This document shows, one piece after another, positions 9,948-20,138 of a stretch of DNA of 34,150 nucleotides. Origin of the DNA: a virus (lineage: Duplodnaviria; Heunggongvirae; Uroviricota; Caudoviricetes); IMG/VR virus record IMGVR_UViG_2706794688_000010, one strand, 5' to 3'. Under the pieces are notes generated by a model. That model ran no database searches. It saw nothing but the letters and a program-made list of their open reading frames with translations, and had not been told where the DNA came from. The position numbers and the translations under genes were made by a program. Position 1 is the stretch's first letter. Each line of letters begins with the position of its first letter.

Positions 9948-10712
9948 TTAATCAACGATTGTGATACCGTCTTTCAATGCGTTTTGCTTACCTGCAACAT
10001 CCAGTGCATCAAAAGCAGAGCGTTTCATCGTTTTCTGACCAATATCATGCTGTGTCGGACGGGAGCCGCCGCCATTGTTGCCACTGGCTTTCAGGATGTA
10101 GTCTTTCTGAGGGTAATTTTCGACAAGGAACTCCAGCGCCTCATCAAACTGCGCCAGTTCGCCAGGCTTCGCGCGGGAATAAATTTTGTTGCCGGAAGCG
10201 TCATAAGCAACGATCCTCCCTTCTTCCACTTTGAATGCCTGCCCGAAGCGGGCTTGTAATAAATCTGCCGGAATCGCAATTTTATCGGCAATATATTTTG
10301 AACCCGCAAAACTACCGCCAATCATAGAATCGTAAAGCTGCTTCTCCAGCATCTGAGAGCGTTGCTTTTCTTCATCTAATTGCTGCTGAAAATTTTTCGT
10401 AATTTCTGCCTTAACCTGGTCAACCTGTCCCGCATCGAGCAGCTTTTTCTGGTCGATTTTTGACAGCATTTCCAGTGCCTCGATCGCCTTCTTCGGGTCT
10501 TCGATAGCGGCAAACTTAGCCAGTTTTTCCTCTGCAGCTTCTTTAGCCAGGCGATGATTTTTTGCCTCGCCATTAAGCTCTGTAATTTTTTTTGTCGCCA
10601 GCGGTGCATCGAAGCCAATTTCTTTACCATCGTCGTGCACATAAACTGGCAGGCCAGCAGTATCAATTTCTGCGTATTGTTTTCCGTTAATCTCGACCGT
10701 TTTCAGTTTCAT
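9948..10712 (-). CDS. Capsid scaffolding protein
   Basis: Start MKLKTVEINGKQ... at 10712; Lys/Glu/Ala/Gln-rich coiled-coil composition; between the MuF-like and capsid genes. Confidence 0.7.
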   Translation of the reverse strand: MKLKTVEINGKQYAEIDTAGLPVYVHDDGKEIGFDAPLATKKITELNGEAKNHRLAKEAAEEKLAKFAAIEDPKKAIEALEMLSKIDQKKLLDAGQVDQVKAEITKNFQQQLDEEKQRSQMLEKQLYDSMIGGSFAGSKYIADKIAIPADLLQARFGQAFKVEEGRIVAYDASGNKIYSRAKPGELAQFDEALEFLVENYPQKDYILKASGNNGGGSRPTQHDIGQKTMKRSAFDALDVAGKQNALKDGITIVD

Positions 10713-10770
10713 ATTAGTACCTGGTTTAAGTCTTCCGACAGTTACGCTGCTCACCATCCGGATCGCAGCA

Positions 10771-10796
10771 ATAAAAAAGGCCACCCGAAGGTAGCC
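10771..10796 (-). terminator. Intrinsic terminator after the MuF-like gene
   Basis: Minus strand GGCTACC-TTCG-GGTGGCC (one mismatch) followed by TTTTTTAT. Confidence 0.5.
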
Positions 10797-10816
10797 TGTT
10801 GTAATAAATGATTTAT

Positions 10817-11932
10817 TTAAATCCCTGCTTTTCTGAATACCTGTGCATCACGCTCACGGAGCTGCTTCAGCGTCAGCCATTCGCCTTTATCGGTGTAAAA
10901 TTCATCTGGCGACATACCACCATCCCGAATCAGCTTTGCTCGGCTTTCCCCCACAATCTGTTTTTGTCTGGTGTAAGGCTGACGCAAAAACCATTCCCTG
11001 TAGGTTGTATCTCCGGCCACCACGCCATCCATGCTGGCCCGCTCAGCCGGGGAAATATCGCGAACATCAATACCCAGTTCCTTCGCTGATTTCAGAATGA
11101 ACGTTTCCGTTGAGCGGCAGCAGAAATGAATTTTTCCCGGCCCCTGCAAATAAGGCACGCTGTGACCTACAGGTTTATTATTCAGCGTATATTTGAGGCG
11201 ATCCCTGATTCGACATTGTGGCGTAGTACGATTATCAAGCGTTGATAACCATTGCTTACCCTTAATCAAATCATTATTCGCGCTGGCAAAACTCTCACGG
11301 GCAGTAGCAGCAAGATGTCCAACCGCTGTTTTTGCAATGCTGGCCGCATTAGCCCGGCTCATCTGCAATGCACCATCCTGAAATCCCTTACTGACATGTC
11401 CCCGAATTTTTCTTGCGATCTGCTCATTGGTATCCCCCAGCAAAAAACCCTGACGCACTGTATTTGTTATGCGTCTGAGCCGATCCGCCTCAAGATCTGA
11501 GGCCCACTCACTGAGCAGTCGTCCCTGGAATGGTCGCGCCATTGCAGCGGCATAAAGTGCATCAGGAGAGATACCAACCAGAGGGTGAACATCAGCAACA
11601 AAATCAGGTAGCATAGAATCAAACAGACTTAACTGATAACCAGCCTCATAAATTGCCAGCTCGTTCAGCTCTCCGGAGAGACTGGTAAACATGCTGTTAA
11701 TAGCAGTGCGGTTAACCTCTCTGACGCTCGCCAGAAGTGACTCCAGGCGCTTAACGGTAAAACTACCTGGATCGAGGCTGTCCAGTGCTATCAGCAGGCG
11801 AGCAGTAAGTTCCGCATCGCTGTCATTCAGTATTTTCACCATTCTGGCAGCCACGCCAGTGCTATAGCGGGATATCCAGACTGCATGAGCAATTGATTCA
11901 TCACGCAGCCGTTCATTCACGGTTTGCATCAT
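10817..11932 (-). CDS. Head morphogenesis protein (phage Mu F-like / SPP1 gp7-like)
   Basis: 371 aa ORF directly after the portal gene, overlapping its end; contains ...LDNRTTPQCRIRD..., which I recall as typical of the Mu gpF family. Confidence 0.7.
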   Translation of the reverse strand: MMQTVNERLRDESIAHAVWISRYSTGVAARMVKILNDSDAELTARLLIALDSLDPGSFTVKRLESLLASVREVNRTAINSMFTSLSGELNELAIYEAGYQLSLFDSMLPDFVADVHPLVGISPDALYAAAMARPFQGRLLSEWASDLEADRLRRITNTVRQGFLLGDTNEQIARKIRGHVSKGFQDGALQMSRANAASIAKTAVGHLAATARESFASANNDLIKGKQWLSTLDNRTTPQCRIRDRLKYTLNNKPVGHSVPYLQGPGKIHFCCRSTETFILKSAKELGIDVRDISPAERASMDGVVAGDTTYREWFLRQPYTRQKQIVGESRAKLIRDGGMSPDEFYTDKGEWLTLKQLRERDAQVFRKAGI

Positions 11933-13319
11933 TGATTTCCATCAGCATTACACTCTGATTTTTTAATTCATCGATCACTTCCTCTGGACGGGAATCCTGA
12001 TCGATAAATTTCAACGCCTGCAACACCCGAACCGCATCAATCTGACGTATATCACCGCCCTGACGCAATGACTGAACAGCCAGCGCGGAGGATGAGTCAA
12101 ACACCTGGGCAGATACATCCAGTTCAGTGCGCACATCCACATTGCCACCGCAACTCTCTCCGATCCATTCCGCCATTATCTGGAGAATATTATCGAGGGC
12201 ATCTTCGAGGGAGTTCGCCATTGTATAAAGCGGCGAGTTTTCCTGCATTCGCTCTTCATTAGTCTGATCAACAGATTTGGTGGATGTATTTTCAGCACGC
12301 AGAAGTTTAGCGCCGGCATGACGCATCTGATTTTCCAGCTTCTCAAGTGATGTTTCGCCAGATTCTATCGCTGCGCCACTATGTTCAACATATTCGAGGC
12401 CATTTTTTGTTCTGTCCTCAAAAATCGTAGCGGTGGATGCACCAACCGTCAGTTCTTCATTCCTGTCCAGCCCGTAGGCCACCAGCAATGGAACGCGGGC
12501 AACATGAAGAATATTGTCCTGCTCGCTCTGGCTTTGCCAGTGCTTGATATTCAGCAAGCCAAGATTAAGCAATGGCGGTGTACCACGCATAAATCCTGTT
12601 TTCTTCGTGTACAGTGTTACCAGAGGAATATCATCACGGCTGGTATTCCATGACTCATGAAGCGTCCAGACAGATTCGCCATTAGTGCCTTCGCTACGTC
12701 GATAAATTTCAACTCGACGGGGCATAATATGGCGGATCTGCTCCACCTTCTTCTGCCCGAAATCATCACCATCAATAATGATGACCTCTTTTATACGCAA
12801 ATCAGTGAGAACAACTTTCCCTTTTTCAACTTTCGATTTCCATCCAATAACCTGGCGTGGATTCAGCATCGTAACGTACGGACGACCACCGGTCGCGTTT
12901 TCATCGGCTTTTGTCCGAATCTCTTTCATATCCGTTCGTGGATAGTCCACCAGCGCATGTGCCACACCATACTGAAATGCGAGGCTGAAAAATTGCTGCG
13001 CCCACACATCCAGTCGGCTCCCCTCCATGTCGATATTTTCTGCATATTCCCTGATTTTTGCCGGCGTTTCCTCACTCAATACTGTCGGCTCTGCAAATAT
13101 GCGCCCAATATTTTGCTTGATGCTTTCTTCATACACAGGAAGTAGCGTAGCCACAGACAGGCGTTTTTTATAAGCGTCTTCATCTTCGTTAGGCCATTTT
13201 GGGAGATAATTTTCCCCCTGCCTGCGCATTTCAAGCGTACCGCCCATCAGTGCGTCGTTAATATCCCACGCCTCCAGCATATCGTTATAGTCGAGGTTGG
13301 GTGTTGATATATCAGCCAT
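11913..13319 (-). CDS. Portal protein
   Basis: 468 aa ORF immediately downstream of the large terminase gene, acidic C-terminus; canonical position. Confidence 0.8.
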   Translation of the reverse strand: MADISTPNLDYNDMLEAWDINDALMGGTLEMRRQGENYLPKWPNEDEDAYKKRLSVATLLPVYEESIKQNIGRIFAEPTVLSEETPAKIREYAENIDMEGSRLDVWAQQFFSLAFQYGVAHALVDYPRTDMKEIRTKADENATGGRPYVTMLNPRQVIGWKSKVEKGKVVLTDLRIKEVIIIDGDDFGQKKVEQIRHIMPRRVEIYRRSEGTNGESVWTLHESWNTSRDDIPLVTLYTKKTGFMRGTPPLLNLGLLNIKHWQSQSEQDNILHVARVPLLVAYGLDRNEELTVGASTATIFEDRTKNGLEYVEHSGAAIESGETSLEKLENQMRHAGAKLLRAENTSTKSVDQTNEERMQENSPLYTMANSLEDALDNILQIMAEWIGESCGGNVDVRTELDVSAQVFDSSSALAVQSLRQGGDIRQIDAVRVLQALKFIDQDSRPEEVIDELKNQSVMLMEINDANRE

Positions 13320-13321
13320 AA

Positions 13322-14632
13322 TTAAATCCGAAGTGATGTGACTCTTCCGGTCGGTTTGACAATAGGGAATTGCTTAACGATGAAATAACCTCCGGCATCA
13401 TTCGGGTGATCATTGCCAGATTTTTTATCAGGCTCCCCCTTCTCATCCCAGACCTGTTGCTCCAGAGATTCGGCATATAACGGGCAACGCTTCACATTAA
13501 CTTTATAGCGACGCTCACCATTGGCATTGCAGAACATTGCATTCATTGAGTTAACGCGATCTTTTACTGGCGGGTTCGAGCTGTTCACCACAACGTTAAA
13601 ACCAGCCTGCTTAAGCTGGGCTATATCCGTCGTACTTGCGTTACTTGATTTTCTGGAATCCCCGGAAGCATCTGGATAAATATAAATTTCCCTCACTTTC
13701 CGGTAATCATTCCCATCATACAGCCAGAAGCGTTCTTTAATGATGCGGATCATATCCGGCGTATCGTAGGCATTGATGATTTCAGTTACCGCACATGGAA
13801 GCCCCAAACGCAGCACATGGACGATTCCCGCCATCTTTCCAACGTTAAAATCCATCCCAATATAAATCGGCTCCCCTGGCTGCTCCACTTCTTCGCAATT
13901 ATTCAGTTTCCGGTCAAACTGATGGTAAACAGTACCACTTGTCAGGTTAGTAAACTGTCCTCGAAGATAGGCTTTAATCAGCTCTGGAGGGTATGATTCA
14001 AGAAGCGAAGGAATGTAATCTGCTGGCAGGTTCTTTTCATTATCGAAAGTAGATGCCTGCACCAGACCATACAGTGAGGCCAGCTCTGTTTTTTCACGCA
14101 CGGCTTTAACAAACTGCTCGTAGACAAATTTGAATCCTTCCGGCGTGGTTGTAACGTCAATACCGTTGCGAAGTCCATCAATCTTATAACGCATACGTGC
14201 AATTATCTTGCGCCACGCCGTTCTGGCTTTTTCCTTCGGCAAAATGTCCAGTTCATCCACCAACGCATTACCAATTTTGAAACCGACGATCGTTTGTGGC
14301 TTCTCCATCGATCTGCAGATAGTGGTTCCCCGATACTGGCGTCCGTAATAAAAGTGAACCTCTTTATTTCCCTCATTAATTTTTACGTTCAATCCCCAGT
14401 CAGCAGCAACTTCTTCCACTGTAGGGTAAAAAATATCGCGAATTTGGGGATACGTTGGCGCAAAATATCCCTGATTTATACCTGGATGCTCCCAAATCCC
14501 CTTGCATATGCCGCCACACCCAACCCATGTTTTGCCCGAGCCAAAACCAGCAATATAGGCTTTAAATTTATGGGGCATTGAAAGAAATCGCGCCTGAGGC
14601 ACATTAAGCGTCGGAGAGATCATCTTCATCAC
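13322..14632 (-). CDS. Terminase large subunit
   Basis: 436 aa; N-terminal Walker A-like motif AGFGSGKTWVG; overlaps the small terminase gene end; followed by portal. Confidence 0.85.
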   Translation of the reverse strand: MMKMISPTLNVPQARFLSMPHKFKAYIAGFGSGKTWVGCGGICKGIWEHPGINQGYFAPTYPQIRDIFYPTVEEVAADWGLNVKINEGNKEVHFYYGRQYRGTTICRSMEKPQTIVGFKIGNALVDELDILPKEKARTAWRKIIARMRYKIDGLRNGIDVTTTPEGFKFVYEQFVKAVREKTELASLYGLVQASTFDNEKNLPADYIPSLLESYPPELIKAYLRGQFTNLTSGTVYHQFDRKLNNCEEVEQPGEPIYIGMDFNVGKMAGIVHVLRLGLPCAVTEIINAYDTPDMIRIIKERFWLYDGNDYRKVREIYIYPDASGDSRKSSNASTTDIAQLKQAGFNVVVNSSNPPVKDRVNSMNAMFCNANGERRYKVNVKRCPLYAESLEQQVWDEKGEPDKKSGNDHPNDAGGYFIVKQFPIVKPTGRVTSLRI

Positions 14633-15698
14633 TCCTTACTCTGGCATCAACCACATTAATATTGATCGCCACAGGCTGGGGATGTTCATTATCTTCCACC
14701 GTTTCGATCTCTTTGCGCAGCTTCTGGTTTTCCATTCTGCGCCGTTCAATTTCCAGTTCCCGTAGCCGCTTATCTGCACATAAAGCCCCGCCAGCAGAAA
14801 ACAAACGCAACAATTCACGCCGGGCGGCAGCCTTATCCTCCAGCAGGATCTCAACGCCGAATTTTCCGAATTTTGCCCCTGCATATAATTGCCGCGCATC
14901 CCCATCAAGCAGAGTGGTATCAGCCATATAAAGCTGTCCCGTTCCCTCACCGCAGCACTTCGGGCAGTCCGGATTGGGTATGGCGTTATCAACAAAGCCG
15001 AGGCCTCCATATTCCGGTTCGGGTTTGCCATCTCTGGAAGCCTGCGCCGCTGCCTTGTCGAATTCTGCTATATCGCGCCACTGGTAGAGATGATTCTCGC
15101 CCCAGCAATAACGGCAGTTAACACGGCGAAATTGTGCAAGCTGATTGGGGTCGGCCAGGACAATAGCCATCAACTGACTCACTAGTAAATCCAGGTCTGC
15201 GGTATAGCGTTTCTGGTACTGATTGCGGAAGTAGCTGATAGCGCGAAAAACCCTGGCATTTCTAAGCATACGACTGGCGTTGCTGTTAGCTGTCGCACCT
15301 TGCCCCTCATAACCGGCTAGTCGGTACGCCTCTGTCGGCTTTTTACCCTGAGCAACAAGCATCGCAAACTTAGCCTGCTGGTCAGAAATGCCGAATTCAT
15401 CGGGACAGAACGAAAATTCCTCCGCGTCGCCCTCATTCAGGCCCGCATCGAATACTGGCTTTTTTTCCTGAGATTTTTCGTTCCGCTTTTGTGCAGTCTG
15501 CGCAGATTTTTTCTGCGCACTTTTTTGCGCAGTTTTGCACATTTCTGTCTGCGCATTTTTCGGAGTTTTTTTGATGTAACGACGGGCTGTTGCGTAATTC
15601 AGTCCCCTTGCTTCACACCATGCCACCGGAGATATACCGGAGCGGGTGTATTCAGCAATATACTCCTGCTGCAACGCCCCCCAGTCCGGTCTGCTCAT
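14604..15698 (-). CDS. Terminase small subunit (N-terminal HTH)
   Basis: 364 aa ORF immediately upstream of and overlapping the large terminase gene; basic N-terminal segment ...GLNYATARRYIKK... Confidence 0.65.
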   Translation of the reverse strand: MSRPDWGALQQEYIAEYTRSGISPVAWCEARGLNYATARRYIKKTPKNAQTEMCKTAQKSAQKKSAQTAQKRNEKSQEKKPVFDAGLNEGDAEEFSFCPDEFGISDQQAKFAMLVAQGKKPTEAYRLAGYEGQGATANSNASRMLRNARVFRAISYFRNQYQKRYTADLDLLVSQLMAIVLADPNQLAQFRRVNCRYCWGENHLYQWRDIAEFDKAAAQASRDGKPEPEYGGLGFVDNAIPNPDCPKCCGEGTGQLYMADTTLLDGDARQLYAGAKFGKFGVEILLEDKAAARRELLRLFSAGGALCADKRLRELEIERRRMENQKLRKEIETVEDNEHPQPVAININVVDARVRSDEDDLSDA

Positions 15699-15701
15699 CA
15701 G

Positions 15702-15953
15702 TTAGTCCTGATTTTTATCCACCCTGAGTAGTTCGCGCAGAGCAAAGGCATCCCCTTTTCTGGCAAGCTTAAACAATGCCGCTCGTAACTCGGCTTCACC
15801 TTTCGCTCTGCCCTTACGGATGGCCGCATAAAAATCTGTCATTGCTTCCCGATTTTCTTTCAGTCGGTTCAGATCAACATCCAGAACGTCAGCGATTTGT
15901 TGTGCAGTCATCCGGCACGCTGCCAGAGACTCGACTTTCGAATACGGAATCAT
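15702..15953 (-). CDS. Small hypothetical protein (83 aa), possible DNA-binding
   Basis: ATG at 15953 preceded by GGGGGTGA; overlaps the 3' end of the upstream gene by 65 nt; Arg/Lys-rich helical composition. Confidence 0.45.
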   Translation of the reverse strand: MIPYSKVESLAACRMTAQQIADVLDVDLNRLKENREAMTDFYAAIRKGRAKGEAELRAALFKLARKGDAFALRELLRVDKNQD

Positions 15954-16839
15954 TTGTCACCCCCATTGATATGCAGGGTGTCTTCTTCCTGTATTTTTCG
16001 TGAAGGATTTTTACTGCAGCGTTGTTCCAGGTGACCTGATGGTGAATGCGTTTATGACTGGCACCCATAAGTGAGATTTTTACGCACGACGGCGCATACA
16101 TGACGGAGTAAAAACTTTTAACGTAGGTTCCGGAATCCAGATACAGCTCGGTCATTCCGCCGCTGTTTTTCTGCGTCTGTTTCTGCCCTAACTGGACAGC
16201 ACCGATCGTCATAAACAATTCACCACAGCGACCGAGATTCGTGTACGTATTCACATCCTCGTTAATGCGCCCCATGAATGAGAACGGTCGATCAACCGAA
16301 CAGATAAAGCTGTTCATTGCCTTGCGTTTCACCCACGAAGCATGGCCGCCATTGTCACCAAGAAAATCCCCGCCCTGCGACATAGCGATGGAAAGAGCAG
16401 GTATTGATTCGTAGTACGCAAGCATTTCAGAAAGGATCTCATCCAGTTTCCTTATCGGGAAATAGGCCTGGTCATAGTTGCGATCCACCCGAAACTGGAA
16501 CTCGTGATAATCATCATCGAGCTGAATGAAGTATTTACACCCGACCAGTTTTGCCTGGTCGAAACAGGCATTACGGGCGTAAAAAATTGAGCGGCGGTCA
16601 CTAAAATTATCGGCTTCGTCAAAACGACTAGCAATATCGGCTTTGGAAAATACCAGCACCTGTTCACCAAATTCAGCCATGTACTGATGCCGTGTCTTAT
16701 CTTCATCATCAACAACGATAAAAATTTTCCCGGTATAGCCAGCACGACGCAACGTCCGGTAAGTCAGAACTTTGTCCGGTCGCCCGTGAGTCAGAATAAA
16801 GGCGCAAAAATCATCACGCATATTCCTCCTCCCCGCCAT
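15889..16839 (-). CDS. GT-A fold (GT2-like) glycosyltransferase-like protein
   Basis: 316 aa; motif order CAFILTHGRP ... KIFIVVDDED ... FIQLDDDY mirrors the GT2 pattern (IIPTYNR ... IIVVDDGS ... DxD) with similar spacing. Alternative start at 16821. Confidence 0.5.
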   Translation of the reverse strand: MAGRRNMRDDFCAFILTHGRPDKVLTYRTLRRAGYTGKIFIVVDDEDKTRHQYMAEFGEQVLVFSKADIASRFDEADNFSDRRSIFYARNACFDQAKLVGCKYFIQLDDDYHEFQFRVDRNYDQAYFPIRKLDEILSEMLAYYESIPALSIAMSQGGDFLGDNGGHASWVKRKAMNSFICSVDRPFSFMGRINEDVNTYTNLGRCGELFMTIGAVQLGQKQTQKNSGGMTELYLDSGTYVKSFYSVMYAPSCVKISLMGASHKRIHHQVTWNNAAVKILHEKYRKKTPCISMGVTNDSVFESRVSGSVPDDCTTNR

Positions 16840-17602
16840 GCATGATCTCCACCATGCGCTGCGTCATTCGGACAAATCCATTTTCAATAGCCTGCTGATA
16901 ATCAATGATCACCAGCGCCGACTCCTCGAAAAGGCACTGAATTTCAGCGGGGGCATGAGCGTAATAGTCCGCAATTCTGCTGAAATTAAACACCGTGTGA
17001 CGTTCTGCTGCACACAGGAGGAATTTCTCAATATCAGGATCAAGGGACGCCGAACGTATCCGGCTGATCAGCTCCTGAGTTTTCGTATCGTCGTACAGTT
17101 CACTGATATCCGGTTTACCGCCTGACGGCTCATAAACAGGCGTATCAATTTTCGTCGTATACGGCTCCTCCTCATTTCCTGTACCGGGCAAAACATCCGT
17201 CAACAGTTCATCAATTTCTGCCGGGATGAAGCCTGTCAGGGAGACATCAAAATCAGCATTGATTAGGTCCGACAGCTCCATCCGCAACAGATCTTCATCC
17301 CAGCCAGCATTCATCGGCAGGCGATTATCTGCCAGGCGGTACGCCTTTTTCTGCTCATCCGTCAGGCCAGACAGAACAATGACCGGAACAGAATCCATTT
17401 TGAGCATTTCAGCCGCCATAACACGACCGTGACCCGCAATAATTTCGCCCTTTTCGTCAATCAGCACCGGATTAGTCCAGCCGAATTGCTTAATACTTTC
17501 TACCAGTTGTGCCACCTGCTCAGTACTGTGCGTCCTGGCGTTGTGCGCATACGGTGACAATTCTTGTAATGGGCGATAGACTATCTTTAATTTCTCGCTC
17601 AT
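16814..17602 (-). CDS. ParB-like nuclease domain protein
   Basis: N-terminus KLKIVYRPLQELSPYAHNARTHS...PVLIDEKGEIIAGHGRVMAA matches the ParB N-terminal domain pattern; acidic C-terminal half. Confidence 0.7.
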   Translation of the reverse strand: MSEKLKIVYRPLQELSPYAHNARTHSTEQVAQLVESIKQFGWTNPVLIDEKGEIIAGHGRVMAAEMLKMDSVPVIVLSGLTDEQKKAYRLADNRLPMNAGWDEDLLRMELSDLINADFDVSLTGFIPAEIDELLTDVLPGTGNEEEPYTTKIDTPVYEPSGGKPDISELYDDTKTQELISRIRSASLDPDIEKFLLCAAERHTVFNFSRIADYYAHAPAEIQCLFEESALVIIDYQQAIENGFVRMTQRMVEIMHGGEEEYA

Positions 17603-17616
17603 ACAGCCTTGCTTTA

Positions 17617-17652
17617 TGAATAAAACGCACCCCAGCAGCCAGTGCTACTGGG
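17617..17652 (-). terminator. Terminator-like hairpin after trkG, just upstream of the ParB-like gene RBS
   Basis: Minus strand CCCCAG-(12 nt loop)-CTGGGG followed by TGCGTTTTATTC. Confidence 0.45.
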
Positions 17653-17739
17653 GGCGGAGGTGTTGCTGGTAAAGTTAGGTATTGGATCAATGAGTGAGTC
17701 AACATAATATTAAACTCACAATTATAAATCAGCCATATA

Positions 17740-19042
17740 TTAGGAGCGCCAAAAAAAACCTGAAAACAATATAATAACAGGATAAATTTCAAGGCGACCA
17801 AGAATCATAGCTATGCACATTAAATATTTTGCAATGTCATTAAGCACTCCGAATGACGATGCAGTAGCCCCAAAACCTAATCCCATATTATTAATACATG
17901 CAGCCACTGTTGCAAATGATGTAAGAAAATCATATCCCATACCATTTAACACCAGTATAAAAAACACCGTGAAGAGAGTATAAAGAAAAAAGAAACTCCA
18001 TACAGACCTCATTACACGATCTGTAACTATCTTCCCTCCTACATTTACACTCAACAACGCTCTGGGATGAGAAAGCTGATTTATCTCGTGTTTGCTTTGT
18101 TTGAAAAGTATAAGAAATCGAAGTGACTTAATTCCACCACAGGTTGAACCTATACATCCCCCAAAGAAACTTGACAACAGCAAAAACACTATCGTGTGCG
18201 TGGGCCAGTTTGCATAATCCTGCGTAGCTAAACCATTATCAGTGAGCATGGAGCTGGCAAGAAAAAACGAATGAATAAAACTTCCATGCAAGTCATACAT
18301 ACCTATATGCCAGACCTGGAAAGAGGTAACAATGATCACCCCTAAGGCTATTAACAGAAAGAAACGAAGTTCAATATCTCTGATTAAAGGTTTTATCGTT
18401 TTTCTGCTAATAACAATATACCAAAGAGTGAAGTTGAAAGCCGATAGCAGGGAAAAAGAACCAGCCACCAGCTCAACCAAATAGTTATTAAAATATCCGA
18501 TACTCTCNNNNNNNNNNNNNNNNNNNNNNNNNNNNNNNNNNNNNNNNNNNNNNNNNNNNNNNNNNNNNNNNNNNNNNNNNNNNNNNNNNNNNNNNNNNNN
18601 NAACAATAACTCCTAAACCACCTATAAAATTTAACTGTGACCGATAGTACAAATATGCCCGAGGTAATGAACTAACATCATCAATTACAGTTGCTCCTGT
18701 TGTTGTTATTCCAGAAACCCCTTCAAACAGAGCATCAATGAACGTTAAATTAAGTTCTGAGTCAATCCATAAAGGGAATGCACTAATAACAGAAAACAAA
18801 ATCCAAAACATTACAATTATAATAAACCCATCACGGGTACGTAATTGAATGCCAGATTTCTTAGTTGTATACCACGCTCCGCCACCAATGCAAAAAAATA
18901 TAACGAAAGTTATAAAGAAAACGAACAGGCTTTTTTCTTTATAAAACAATGCTACAACCATTGGTGGCAACATTGAAAGACTATAGAGCCAAACCAGGAA
19001 CCCACACATATGAGTAACAACTCTTACATGAGATGTATTCAT
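17740..19042 (-). CDS. trkG: Trk-type potassium uptake protein TrkG (interrupted by N-run 18508-18601)
   Basis: N-terminus MNTSHVRVVTHMCGFLVWLYSLSMLPPMVVALFYKEKSLF... and C-terminus ...ILGRLEIYPVIILFSGFFWRS match the Rac-prophage TrkG as I recall it; multi-pass membrane protein; AT-rich gene directly downstream of Rz as in Rac. Confidence 0.85.
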
Positions 19043-19179
19043 ATCTAAATATTCTTTCAATTATAACCACCTTGCTGCAATATTATGATTATACTGTATA
19101 AAATTTAACTCCTCTTAGATCTTACTTCACTGTTCCTTATGAAACAATCATCAAAATGAATCATATTGTAGTTAAGATT

Positions 19180-19644
19180 TTACTTTAAACACTGCTCGGT
19201 TATGTATTGCTGAGCACCTTCAAGTTGGGCCTGCATCATTACCAGTCGTTCCCGGAGGGTGAAATAATCCCGTTCAGCGGTGTCTGCCAGTCGGGGGGAG
19301 GCTGCATTATCCACGCCGGAGGCGGTGGTGGCTTCACGCACTGACTGACAGACTGCTTTGATGTGCAACCGACGACGACCAGCGGCAACATCATCACGCA
19401 GAGCATCATTTTCAGCTTTCGCATCAGCTAACTCCTTCGTGTATTTTGCATCGAGCGCAGCAACATCACGCTGACGCATCTGCATGTCAGTAATTGCCGC
19501 GTTCGCCAGCTTCAGTTCTCTGGCATTTTTGTCGCGCTGGGCTTTGTAGGTAATGGCGTTATCACGGTAATGATTAACAGCCCATGACAGGCAGACGATG
19601 ATGCAGATAACCAGAGCGGAGATAATCGCGGTTACTCTGTTCAT
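19180..19644 (-). CDS. Rz: i-spanin Rz
   Basis: [101 protein letters not shown]... is near-identical to lambda Rz. Confidence 0.9.
   Translation of the reverse strand: MNRVTAIISALVICIIVCLSWAVNHYRDNAITYKAQRDKNARELKLANAAITDMQMRQRDVAALDAKYTKELADAKAENDALRDDVAAGRRRLHIKAVCQSVREATTASGVDNAASPRLADTAERDYFTLRERLVMMQAQLEGAQQYITEQCLK
19239..19424 (-). CDS. Rz1: o-spanin Rz1 (embedded in Rz, +1 frame)
   Basis: [52 protein letters not shown]... lipobox and proline-rich, as lambda Rz1. Confidence 0.85.
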   Translation of the reverse strand: MRKLKMMLCVMMLPLVVVGCTSKQSVSQCVKPPPPPAWIMQPPPDWQTPLNGIISPSGNDW

Positions 19645-20138
19645 TGCTGACCCCACAAACAGATTTCACGCTCAATCTCACGACGAGTCATGAGACCTTT
19701 CCATTGCTTACCGCCAGCATATGTCCAGCGACGTAGCTGATCACATGCGCCTTTGATATCGCCCTGGTTTATTTTGCGAAGAAGCGTCGATGTTCTGAAA
19801 TTACCAGCACCCACGTTGTAAACGAACGAGTAAAGAGCGCCGCGCGTTGTTTCCGGTATATCGACTTTGATGTACGGGTTAATTTGTCTGGCGACAGTGG
19901 CAAGGTCTTTATTCAAGAGTGTTTTGCATTCTGCTTTGGTATACGTTTTACCGAGCATGATGTCTTTTCCTGTATGCCCGTGACATACAGTCCATACACC
20001 AACAATATCTTTGTATGGTATGTAGCTGACACCTTCCAGACCATCGTTACCACTTGGGCCAGTGATTAACACTGATGCTATAGCAATTGCTCCGCCACCA
20101 ATAGCAGCAGCAACGACTTTTCGTAATGATGGAGGCAT
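19641..20138 (-). CDS. R: SAR endolysin (phage 21 R-type lysozyme)
   Basis: 165 aa; N-terminal signal-anchor-release segment [19 protein letters not shown] followed by a lysozyme domain; matches my recollection of R21. Confidence 0.85.
   Translation of the reverse strand: MPPSLRKVVAAAIGGGAIAIASVLITGPSGNDGLEGVSYIPYKDIVGVWTVCHGHTGKDIMLGKTYTKAECKTLLNKDLATVARQINPYIKVDIPETTRGALYSFVYNVGAGNFRTSTLLRKINQGDIKGACDQLRRWTYAGGKQWKGLMTRREIEREICLWGQQ

Noticed and set aside
14636-15185. ORFs overlapping the small terminase gene on both strands
   Set aside because: Embedded in or antisense to the terminase small subunit ORF; no RBS; atypical composition.
17520-17801. 93-aa ORF spanning the trkG/ParB intergenic region
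   Set aside because: Overlaps the ParB-like gene start and the terminator hairpin; the region is better explained as terminator plus RBS.
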